A DNA stretch of 64,000 bases, taken from positions 2,978-66,977 of the forward strand of contig CAYRWA010000061.1 in assembly GCA_964427915.1 (NCBI GenBank). Direction: 5' to 3'. The position numbers and the translations under genes are program-made. Under the pieces are notes generated by a model, which was not told where the DNA came from, did not search any database, and worked only from the letters and a program-made list of their open reading frames with translations. The stretch comes from an uncultured Caldisericota bacterium (GTDB lineage: Bacteria > Caldisericota > Caldisericia > UBA6126). Below are positions 19,266 through 27,455 of the stretch, one piece after another (within the stretch, counting starts at the first letter, position 1; every line of letters begins with the position of its first letter).

Positions 19266-20249
19266 ATGAGATCAAAGAAACCGACCGATGCTGTATCTGT
19301 TGTTGTTGTTGCTTTTTGTTTTGTTATTGCCGCCATTATTCTGGTACAAGTGTTTCGAACGATTTCCTTCACTAGCAAAAGCTCAACTATGCTACTAGAT
19401 GTAACAAGAACAGAAATCATGATTCTAGCAAATGGTTTTAATTCAAAATCCGAAACCATCTATTATGCGCCCACAAATGGAGTAGTTCACCGCATTAAAA
19501 TGGCAGGTGCTGTTGTTCGTATTGGTTCTCCTATGCTTTCCATTGAAAAAGATTCAACAACCTCTGAAATTAAATCTAACACGCATGGCGTTCTTAGCTA
19601 TATTCGAGACAATGTCGAAGATATTTTTACAATCGAGAATGCGTTTCAGGGTACAATTTCTTTAGAAGACATGCTAGAGCCTCCTACACAATTTGAACGT
19701 GTTGAGGATGGGAAAAAAATAAAAGAAGGTGATTTTATTTGTAAGGTAGTTAACAACGAAAGCATATCCTACTTGCTTCTTGTTGAGACGAAATATTCAC
19801 CAAAGCTCAAAGTGGGAAGTTCACATACTTTTACATTAACATATCCAGCAAATCTTTCTGTAAGTGGTACCATTGCAAAAAAAGAACCATTTAACGATGA
19901 ATACGAACTAGTTTGCTTCACCACACCGCACTATGTAGAAACTCTCTTAAATACTAGAAAAGTAAGTGGTTATTTTTCATTTGGATTTTACAATGCAGCT
20001 ATTCTTCCTCCTTCTGCTATAAAAGAAATCGCACCTGGTCAATATGCCATGTATTATCTTCCTTTCGATAGCACAAAACCAGTGTATACACCTGTCACAG
20101 TTAAAGGCCATCAACCTGGCACCAACTACTACATTGTTACGGAAATTGGCTCAGGAGATGATGTTAAAAAAATAGATGAATGCAGGGGAATGGAAGTGTA
20201 TACAGAGTGGGAACAAATCGAAAAAGAGTTATTCACTAATGAACCATGA
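19266..20249 (+). CDS. Membrane-anchored hypothetical protein with membrane-fusion-protein (HlyD)-like lipoyl and beta-barrel segments
   Basis: N-terminal TM. YAPTNGVVHRIKMAGAVVRIGSPMLSIE resembles the MFP lipoyl hairpin. AAILPPSAIKEI..YTPVTVKG..YYIVTEIGSGDDV resembles the MFP C-terminal barrel. I saw no coiled-coil hairpin. Confidence 0.35.
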   Translation: MRSKKPTDAVSVVVVAFCFVIAAIILVQVFRTISFTSKSSTMLLDVTRTEIMILANGFNSKSETIYYAPTNGVVHRIKMAGAVVRIGSPMLSIEKDSTTSEIKSNTHGVLSYIRDNVEDIFTIENAFQGTISLEDMLEPPTQFERVEDGKKIKEGDFICKVVNNESISYLLLVETKYSPKLKVGSSHTFTLTYPANLSVSGTIAKKEPFNDEYELVCFTTPHYVETLLNTRKVSGYFSFGFYNAAILPPSAIKEIAPGQYAMYYLPFDSTKPVYTPVTVKGHQPGTNYYIVTEIGSGDDVKKIDECRGMEVYTEWEQIEKELFTNEP

Positions 20250-20988
20250 TGAAACATTAGCATCAAAACTGCACCATCTCCACCAAGAAATAAATGATCT
20301 TGCAAAAAAGTGCGGTAGAGACCCCTCTTCAATACAACTTATGTGTGTATCAAAAAAAGCAACTACCCAAGAAATGGTGGAAGCTATTGAACTAGGTGAG
20401 AAATGTTTTGGAGAAAATTATATACAAGACGCCCTTCCAAAAATCGAAACCATCCAACAAAGGTATCTGAATACTACGACATCTCAACAAAAACCAGAAT
20501 TTTGTTTCATAGGACATCTTCAAAAAAACAAAGCGAAAAAGGCTATTCCTTTCTTTCAACGTATTGACTCTGTTGATTCTATCAAAATAGCCACCACTAT
20601 ATCTACGACCATCGAATCTCTTGTCAAAGAAAATGCCTATCCTCATGAAAAGTATCCTTATCCTATTCTTCTCGAAATCAAAACCACGCACGATACAACA
20701 AAATTTGGGATTACTCCCCAGAATGTACCCCTTGTAATTGAATCCATATTGAAATTAAAGCATCTACAAATTCAAGGATTTATGACAATGGCTCCATGGA
20801 CAAAAGAAGAAAACGAGATTCGAAAGAGTTTTTCCATGTTACGTACTTTAAAAGAAGAGATGGAATCCAAATATAGGATTCCTTTCCCAGTCTTATCTAT
20901 GGGAATGACCAATGATTATCCATACGCTATCCAAGAAGGTTCTACGTTATTGCGTATTGGAAGTGCAATTTTTGGAGGTTCACAATGA
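20239..20988 (+). CDS. yggS: YggS-family pyridoxal-phosphate homeostasis protein
   Basis: VSKKATTQEM (PLP-Lys region), FGENYIQDA, IGHLQKNKAKK, IDSVDS, MGMTNDY and LRIGSAIFG blocks. I chose the ATG at 20239 (ORF-track start is 20176). Confidence 0.8.
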   Translation: MNHDETLASKLHHLHQEINDLAKKCGRDPSSIQLMCVSKKATTQEMVEAIELGEKCFGENYIQDALPKIETIQQRYLNTTTSQQKPEFCFIGHLQKNKAKKAIPFFQRIDSVDSIKIATTISTTIESLVKENAYPHEKYPYPILLEIKTTHDTTKFGITPQNVPLVIESILKLKHLQIQGFMTMAPWTKEENEIRKSFSMLRTLKEEMESKYRIPFPVLSMGMTNDYPYAIQEGSTLLRIGSAIFGGSQ

Positions 20989-21515
20989 AATCAATCACTG
21001 AATTTTTAAAGAATTTATTCACCATTTCCCCCGAGGAAGAGGATGAAGAAGAAGAAATTGTAGAGTCTTCACAAGAACAGGATCATGTTGCTTATTTAAA
21101 GGAGAATTCACGCCATAGCGAGGCCACCCCCCAAAACAAATCTCTTGTGCAAAAACGGTTCTCAAAATCTAGCAATGCCCAGCCATCCACCTCATCTTCC
21201 TGTTTAGAAATTGACTATATTACGATCCCTAAAGATGAAAAAGAAGCTCTCACTCTTGCAAAAGTAACGATCGACAAACTACAAAATGGGCATCCTGTTA
21301 TTGCCTCAGCAAAAGAAATTATTCGAGATGGTAAATATTATTTCATGCTTTTTGGGGCATGTTATGCTTTGCAATGCAAAATTGAAAAAATTACTCAGTA
21401 CAGTTACTTATTTTTACCTAAAAATTACAACGTAAATGCATTAAACAAGAAAGAGTTTATTCACCATGAAAGCAGAGAATCCTTTTTGGGCGATTTAGAA
21501 GATTCTTCTTTCTAG
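20985..21515 (+). CDS. sepF: Cell division protein SepF
   Basis: ATGA overlap with yggS. N-terminal amphipathic segment SITEFLKNLF, then an acidic/low-complexity linker. The C-terminal core (ITIPKDEKEALTLAKVTIDKLQNGHPVIA..LFGACYALQCKIEKITQYSYLFLPKNYNV) follows the SepF pattern. Synteny ftsZ-yggS-sepF. Confidence 0.7.
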   Translation: MKSITEFLKNLFTISPEEEDEEEEIVESSQEQDHVAYLKENSRHSEATPQNKSLVQKRFSKSSNAQPSTSSSCLEIDYITIPKDEKEALTLAKVTIDKLQNGHPVIASAKEIIRDGKYYFMLFGACYALQCKIEKITQYSYLFLPKNYNVNALNKKEFIHHESRESFLGDLEDSSF

Positions 21516-21699
21516 TCAATGGTACCTCTAATAGCGGATGATCTTCTTCATACATTTTTGAACTTTTGTTACCTTTTCTTGTTCACTAGGTATGGAATTT
21601 TCTTTACAAAACACAGACTTTTCTTTTTTATCTGCAACTTTGAACATTTCTGCACACTTTTCTTCTTACAATTTTATTTTCGATCCACCCATTTTTTCT

Positions 21700-21705
21700 T
21701 ACAAT
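21700..21705 (+). promoter_or_regulatory. Putative -10 box (TACAAT) 6 nt upstream of the ATG at 21712: leaderless-type promoter
   Basis: ttcTTACAATactactATG. An identical 10-mer TTCTTACAAT is also present at 21663-21672. Confidence 0.35.
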
Positions 21706-21711
21706 ACTACT

Positions 21712-22218
21712 ATGAACCTGGAAGATAAAGCCCTTTTTACAACATATGCACAACAGTTTCACCAAGATGTTTACCGTGTTGCCTTGTACTTTACAAGAAA
21801 TCAAGACGATGCAAACGACATAACACAAGAAGCATTTTTACGTGCTTGGAGATATTTTCATACATTTGATAGAGCTACAGATTTTAAAAACTGGATTTTA
21901 CAAATCTTACGCAATACCTTTCTTTCCAGTATTCAAAAAAACAAAAGAATGCTCCACCCTGAAAAAGGCTTGAATCATCTTCCAGATCCAAGACCATTGC
22001 ATGATCACCAACTATTCGATAATCAGCGAATACAGAACCTACGTAACGCTATTCACAATCTACCCACAGATTTTAAAGAAGTTATTATTCTTTCTGACAT
22101 TGAAGGATTAAGTTACGAATCTATCTCCCATATTCTTGAAATACCCATTGGTACAGTTCGTTCAAGGCTTCATAGAGCACGATTACTTCTCAAAGAAAGG
22201 GTAAATCCAGCAATATGA
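21712..22218 (+). CDS. ECF-subfamily RNA polymerase sigma-70 factor
   Basis: Region 2 DDANDITQEAFLRAWRYFHTF..NWILQILRN. Region 4 LSYESISHILEIPIGTVRSRLHRARLLLKE. The ATG at 21712 gives the usual ECF length of about 168 aa. Confidence 0.85.
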   Translation: MNLEDKALFTTYAQQFHQDVYRVALYFTRNQDDANDITQEAFLRAWRYFHTFDRATDFKNWILQILRNTFLSSIQKNKRMLHPEKGLNHLPDPRPLHDHQLFDNQRIQNLRNAIHNLPTDFKEVIILSDIEGLSYESISHILEIPIGTVRSRLHRARLLLKERVNPAI

Positions 22219-22472
22219 TTAAAAAACCAGATCCTTCCATATGCAAATCGAAGCAATTACTTGTAAACGATTTGATTGACAACCGTTTAACGGAAATTGA
22301 AAAAGAAGACTTTTTACGTTGGATTCAAAATTGCCGTCAACAATATCATTGCACTGTATGTCATGATCGTATTCAGTCTTTCAGCAGCTTGAAAATCCTT
22401 TGCAAAGAACTTGCAATTCATATTCACACGCCACCCGATATCCTCGATAAAATAAAGGCCCAGCTATACTGA
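22215..22472 (+). CDS. Putative cytoplasmic anti-sigma factor (Cys/His-rich)
   Basis: ATGA overlap with the sigma gene. 85 aa. CRQQYHCTVCH cluster (C-x5-C-x2-C-H), not the textbook HxxxCxxC spacing. No TM segment. Confidence 0.45.
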   Translation: MIKKPDPSICKSKQLLVNDLIDNRLTEIEKEDFLRWIQNCRQQYHCTVCHDRIQSFSSLKILCKELAIHIHTPPDILDKIKAQLY

Positions 22473-22494
22473 AAGGTTTTGTTTGGATTTCTGC

Positions 22495-23970
22495 TTACTT
22501 TAACCAATAATTCGGAGCTTCCCGAACAATTTGTATATCATGAGGGTGAGATTCCCGAACTCCTGATTGTGTAATTTGAACAAAATAAGCATTTTCTTGC
22601 AGTTGTAGGATCGTTTGAGCTCCTAGGTATCCCATTCCAGCCCGTAATCCACCCAGCATTTGATACACAAATTCACCCAATCGTCCCTTGAAGGGTATTC
22701 TTCCAACGATCCCTTCTGGTACTAATTTGGAAGTGTCCATATCGTCTTGAAAATAACGAGCACCTCCCCCTTCTTTCATTGCTTCAAGAGATCCCATACC
22801 GCGATATTCTTTGTATTGTCTTCCTTCTAAATAGATCAAATCACCAGGGCTTTCTTCAAGACCAGCCAATAAATTTCCTAGCATAACCGTGGATGCGCCG
22901 GCAGCTAAAGCTTTTGTGATATCGCCCGTAAACCGGATACCACCATCTGCAATGACAGGAATATCATATTCCTTAGCTACCTCATAACAATACATTATTG
23001 CAGACAATTGAGGTATTCCAACTCCAGCTATCACGCGTGTTGTACATATAGAACCGGGTCCTATTCCTACTTTAACAGCAGAAGCTCCTGCATCAATTAG
23101 GGCTTTTGTTGCTTCACCTGTGGCAACATTCCCAGCAATAATGTTTAAATCAGGAAATGCATTTCGCGCTTGCTTTAGAAGATTGATGATACCAATATGA
23201 TGTCCATGTGCTGAATCGATGACCAATACATCAATGCCGGCTTTTACCAATAACTCCACGCGATTCATGCAATCAGGTGATGTTGAAACGGCAGCGCCAA
23301 CACGAAGACGACCCTTGCTATCTTTGCAAGAATTTGGATATTTTTTGATCTTGTCAATATCTTTTATCGTGAACAAGCCAGTAAGATTGAAATTTTCATC
23401 TACAATAAGCAATTTTTCTACCTTATAATTCGATAGAATATTTTTTGCCTCATCAATTGTAGTTCCTTTTGGAGCAGTAATAAGATTTTTTTTGGTCATC
23501 ACGCTTTCGATAGAAACAGAATAATCCGTAACAAAACGGATATCACGGTTTGTTATGATGCCAATCAGAGTATTATCTGCGTTGGTAATAGGAACGCCAG
23601 ATATTTTGTATTTTTTCATAATATCCAAAGCGTCTTGAACGGTATTGTCTTTGTGTGTTGTGACCGGATTGGTGATTAACCCACTTTCAGAGCGCTTGAC
23701 ACGATCAACTTCATCGGCTTGTTTATGGGCGGATAAATTTTTATGAATGATCCCAATACCACCTTGGCGTGCCAAAGCAATTGCAAGCTTAGAATCTGTA
23801 ACCCTGTCCATGGCAGCACTAACAATGGGAATATTTAGACGAATGTTTTTTGTAAGCTGTGTATGAAGTTGAACTTTTGCAGGTAAAACTTCTGATTTAG
23901 CAGGTACTAACAAGAGATCATCGAACGTAAATCCGGTTCCGATTATTCTATTTGAGATTGTTTTTTGCAT
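22495..23970 (-). CDS. guaB: IMP dehydrogenase
   Basis: FDDLLLVP, tandem CBS insert, catalytic loop [19 protein letters not shown]. Length 491 aa. Confidence 0.95.
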   Translation of the reverse strand: MQKTISNRIIGTGFTFDDLLLVPAKSEVLPAKVQLHTQLTKNIRLNIPIVSAAMDRVTDSKLAIALARQGGIGIIHKNLSAHKQADEVDRVKRSESGLITNPVTTHKDNTVQDALDIMKKYKISGVPITNADNTLIGIITNRDIRFVTDYSVSIESVMTKKNLITAPKGTTIDEAKNILSNYKVEKLLIVDENFNLTGLFTIKDIDKIKKYPNSCKDSKGRLRVGAAVSTSPDCMNRVELLVKAGIDVLVIDSAHGHHIGIINLLKQARNAFPDLNIIAGNVATGEATKALIDAGASAVKVGIGPGSICTTRVIAGVGIPQLSAIMYCYEVAKEYDIPVIADGGIRFTGDITKALAAGASTVMLGNLLAGLEESPGDLIYLEGRQYKEYRGMGSLEAMKEGGGARYFQDDMDTSKLVPEGIVGRIPFKGRLGEFVYQMLGGLRAGMGYLGAQTILQLQENAYFVQITQSGVRESHPHDIQIVREAPNYWLK

Positions 23971-24096
23971 TCATGCCTCCGGTGTTTTCGTATATATTGT
24001 AAGATGTTTTGGCGCCTTATCAATCACAATTCTATAATTCTTTGAAATAATGAATAGAAATGAAAAATCAGAAGCAGTTAAACAGACCTTTTTTTG

Positions 24097-24102
24097 TATA
24101 AT
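24097..24102 (+). promoter_or_regulatory. Putative -10 box (TATAAT) 8 nt upstream of the ATG at 24111: leaderless-type promoter
   Basis: ttgTATAATactacttcATG, with no SD. Confidence 0.35.
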
Positions 24103-24110
24103 ACTACTTC

Positions 24111-24770
24111 ATGAAAAAACAATTAACTTCTACAAAAATATGGCTATTTGATGTTGATAAAACTCTTTACCCTCCTAATTGTGGTTTATACCAAGAGGGC
24201 AACAAAAGAATCAATAGCTATATACAAAAAAAATTACAACTACAACCCTCTGAAGTAAACTTTGTTCGCAAAGAGTACATGGAAAAATATGGAACAAGCC
24301 TACTAGGTTGTATCAAAGAGAAAGGCTTCGATGGAAATGACTTCTTGCGGTATGTCCATTCTCTTCCTTTACCTAATTTTCTTACTGCTCAACCTTCGTT
24401 AAAATATTTCTTGGATACTTTACCCGGAAAGAAAATTGTGTTCTCCAATGCTCCTACATTTTATATATCAGAAATTCTTTCAACGGTAGGTATCGATAAT
24501 GTTTTTTCAAGTATTTATGGAATTCACTCTTTTCGCTTTCATGGTAAACCTCATGTCTCCTCATACAAAAGAGTTCTTCGGTGGGTTGGCGCTGAACCTC
24601 AACAATGTGTTCTTGTAGATGATATGAAAATAAATTGTGAAACTGCAAAGCAACTTGGTCTTCATGCTATTTGGATTGACGAAAACCAGATGTATAATGA
24701 TTACTATACAGACATTTTAATACCTAGCTTACAGAATTTTGTTACTTCGCAAGAATGGGAGCTTCATTGA
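24111..24770 (+). CDS. HAD-superfamily hydrolase, pyrimidine 5'-nucleotidase-like
   Basis: DxDxT motif FDVDKTLY near the N-terminus. YMEKYGTSLLG block typical of the Sdt1/pyrimidine-nucleotidase subfamily. SNAP motif II. VDDM motif IV. Confidence 0.6.
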   Translation: MKKQLTSTKIWLFDVDKTLYPPNCGLYQEGNKRINSYIQKKLQLQPSEVNFVRKEYMEKYGTSLLGCIKEKGFDGNDFLRYVHSLPLPNFLTAQPSLKYFLDTLPGKKIVFSNAPTFYISEILSTVGIDNVFSSIYGIHSFRFHGKPHVSSYKRVLRWVGAEPQQCVLVDDMKINCETAKQLGLHAIWIDENQMYNDYYTDILIPSLQNFVTSQEWELH

Positions 24771-24771
24771 T

Positions 24772-25833
24772 ATGAATATTTTGATTTTTTTTGGTGGTAT
24801 TTCTCCTGAACATGAAGTCTCTGTTGTTTCCTCCCAAACAGTAGTAAGAAACATAAATTTAGAAAAGTATACCCCCATTCTGATAGGAATTTCTCGTACC
24901 GGGCAATGGCGTGTTATTTCTTTAGAAGACTTCCATCATATCCATAGCGTAGAGGATCTTGACCAACCCACCCCCATTTCTTTGGAGTTTTCACAGCAAC
25001 CGTTGTTACGGATTGGAGAAGATAATATCCCGATTCATTGCGCTTTCCCTGTTCTTCATGGGAAAGCAGGAGAAGATGGTTGCATTCAAGGATTGTTAGA
25101 ATCTATGAATATACCCTACGTAGGATGTGATGTGGAGTCCTCTTCTTTATGTATGAACAAAATCCTTACAAAAATTGTACTAGCACAAGCACAAATACCC
25201 ACAACCCCCTATCAAAGTCTTACAAAACAACAATTTCAAGACCCTAGCTTCTCTCCTCAAGAGTTCATTGAAACATTTGATTTGCCTTTGTTTATTAAAG
25301 AACCTCATGGGGGAAGCAGTATTGGCGTAGTAAAAGTAGCACGCCCTGATCAATTCTACCCAACATTAAACGATCTCTTTCAGAAAGAAAAAACCGCTCT
25401 CATTGAAAAAACGATTGTAGGAAGAGAGGTAGAATGCGCAATTTTAACGAACGTCCATAACAACACTGTGCAATGGATGGCTTCACTACCGGGTGAAATA
25501 ATACCAAAGAGAGAGTTCTATGATTATGCAGCGAAATATCTAGAAGACTCGACTCGGTTAGATATCCCCGCGCAACTTCCCAAAGAACTAGTCCAAGAAA
25601 TTCAATTGCTATCAATCAAAGCTGCTAAAGCTCTTGGATGTTTTGGTCTAGCAAGAGTCGATTTCTTTGTAACGAAAGAAAATCAAATCTTAGTCAATGA
25701 AATTAACACAATCCCGGGCTTCACATCCATTTCCATGTACCCCTCCTTGTGGAAAGCAAGTGGTATCGATACTCCTGAGCTTATTGAAAGCCTTATTCAA
25801 TCAGCCTTTTACCGAAAGGAATCAAACCAATGA
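24772..25833 (+). CDS. ddl: D-alanine--D-alanine ligase
   Basis: ILIFFGGISPEHEVS, PVLHGKAGEDGCIQGLLE, an ATP-grasp core, and the NEINTIPGFTSISMYP C-terminal block. Confidence 0.9.
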   Translation: MNILIFFGGISPEHEVSVVSSQTVVRNINLEKYTPILIGISRTGQWRVISLEDFHHIHSVEDLDQPTPISLEFSQQPLLRIGEDNIPIHCAFPVLHGKAGEDGCIQGLLESMNIPYVGCDVESSSLCMNKILTKIVLAQAQIPTTPYQSLTKQQFQDPSFSPQEFIETFDLPLFIKEPHGGSSIGVVKVARPDQFYPTLNDLFQKEKTALIEKTIVGREVECAILTNVHNNTVQWMASLPGEIIPKREFYDYAAKYLEDSTRLDIPAQLPKELVQEIQLLSIKAAKALGCFGLARVDFFVTKENQILVNEINTIPGFTSISMYPSLWKASGIDTPELIESLIQSAFYRKESNQ

Positions 25834-27452
25834 ATACAAAATATTTGTTTATTGTTGGAGGCGTAATGTCCTCTCTTGGCAAAGGGATTCTTACCTCTTC
25901 TATTGGAATGATATTGAAATCAAAAGGATACCAGGTTAGTATCATTAAGTTTGATCCCTATCTGAACGTTGACGCTGGTCTACAGAATCCTTACCAGCAT
26001 GGAGAAGTATTTGTTACTTCCGACGGAGCTGAAACAGATTTAGATTTGGGTCATTATGAACGTTTTCTTAACCAAAATCTACTCCGTTCTTCCAATGTTA
26101 CATCTGGTAGCGTACATCAAGAGCTTATCGAAAAAGAACGTCGTGGTGAATATTTGGGAGCAACTGTTCAGGTTATTCCTCATTTAACGCAAGAAATCAA
26201 AAATAGAATTTTACGACACACAGAGGAGACGAAAGCAGGTATTATTATTTCTGAAGTTGGTGGTACCATTGGAGATATTGAAGGCTCTCCTTTTCTAGAA
26301 GCTATTCGTGAGTTTACCAATGAAAACAACCCAGAAGATATTGCATTAATTCACCTTACGTATCTACCACATTTATGTACAACAGGAGAGCTAAAAACAA
26401 AACCAACACAACATAGTGTTGCTGAACTACGTAGAGTGGGCATTAAACCGACTATTATTGCTTGTAGAACAGATATTCCACTAGAAGACGATATCCGAAA
26501 CAAAATATCATTATTTTGTGACGTAAAACGAGATTTTATTTTCTCGGTACAAGACGTAAAAAATGTTTACGACGTACCAAGGATGATTGAAAAAGAAGGT
26601 CTCTGCAATGCATTGGAAAACATCTGGAATATTAAAACAAAAAAATGCACCATGGAAAACTGGAATCAAACTATTGACAAAATGAATCATCTAAAGGATG
26701 AAGTTAACATTGGTATTGTTGGAAAATATGTGGAGTTAGGAGATGCTTATTTGTCAATGGTAGAGGCATTAAAACATGCCCAAATTCCCAACAATGCAAA
26801 GGTAGTTATTCACTGGTTTCAAAGCGAAGATATTACTGCAGAGAATGCAGAAAAAAAACTACACAATATGCACGGCTTACTTATTCCGGGTGGTTTTGGA
26901 GTACGAGGGATAGAGGGGATGATTATTGCCTCCCAGTATGCCCGGGAAAACAACCTTCCTTTCTTTGGGATTTGTTTGGGAATGCAAATCGCTGTGATAG
27001 ATTTTGCCCGTAACGTTTTGAAATTAGAAAACGCACATTCTACCGAATTTGACTCAAACACCCCTTATCCAGTGATTGACCTGATGGCTGACCAAAAAAA
27101 TCTTGATAAAAAAGGGGGAACCATGAGGTTGGGAGATTACAACTGCAAGATAAAAAAACCTTCGAAGGCCTATGAAATATACCAAGAAGAACTCATTGTC
27201 CAACGTCATCGCCATCGATATGAGTTTAACAATGCAATGATGCCTTATTTTGAAAATACAAACATGAAGTTATCTGGTTTTAACCCTAAAAGAGGTTTGA
27301 TTGAAATGGTTGAACTCTTAGATCATCCCTTTTTCGTCGGATGTCAATTTCACCCCGAACTAATCTCGCGCCCAATTAAACCTGAACCTCTTTTTACACA
27401 TTTCGTTCAAGCTGCAAAGGAACGAAAAGAATCTATCGATAAGAAACCATAA
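25830..27452 (+). CDS. pyrG: CTP synthase
   Basis: KYLFIVGGVMSSLGKG, DPYLNVDAG, and the glutaminase domain GICLGMQ..QFHPE. Length 540 aa. Confidence 0.95.
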   Translation: MNTKYLFIVGGVMSSLGKGILTSSIGMILKSKGYQVSIIKFDPYLNVDAGLQNPYQHGEVFVTSDGAETDLDLGHYERFLNQNLLRSSNVTSGSVHQELIEKERRGEYLGATVQVIPHLTQEIKNRILRHTEETKAGIIISEVGGTIGDIEGSPFLEAIREFTNENNPEDIALIHLTYLPHLCTTGELKTKPTQHSVAELRRVGIKPTIIACRTDIPLEDDIRNKISLFCDVKRDFIFSVQDVKNVYDVPRMIEKEGLCNALENIWNIKTKKCTMENWNQTIDKMNHLKDEVNIGIVGKYVELGDAYLSMVEALKHAQIPNNAKVVIHWFQSEDITAENAEKKLHNMHGLLIPGGFGVRGIEGMIIASQYARENNLPFFGICLGMQIAVIDFARNVLKLENAHSTEFDSNTPYPVIDLMADQKNLDKKGGTMRLGDYNCKIKKPSKAYEIYQEELIVQRHRHRYEFNNAMMPYFENTNMKLSGFNPKRGLIEMVELLDHPFFVGCQFHPELISRPIKPEPLFTHFVQAAKERKESIDKKP

Positions 27453-27455
27453 ACC

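Noticed and set aside
21519-21728. 69-aa Phe/Leu-rich ORF between sepF and the ECF sigma gene.
   Set aside because: It is a T-rich intergenic promoter region. The composition-driven ORF has no RBS and overlaps the sigma start. I interpret the region as regulatory DNA.
23971-24110. Looked for a purine or guanine riboswitch in the guaB leader.
   Set aside because: No three-way-junction consensus (for example the conserved TATA..loop-loop pattern and the CCGACTA-like P1/J3-1 region) could be found on the minus strand. The region looks like a plain divergent promoter region.
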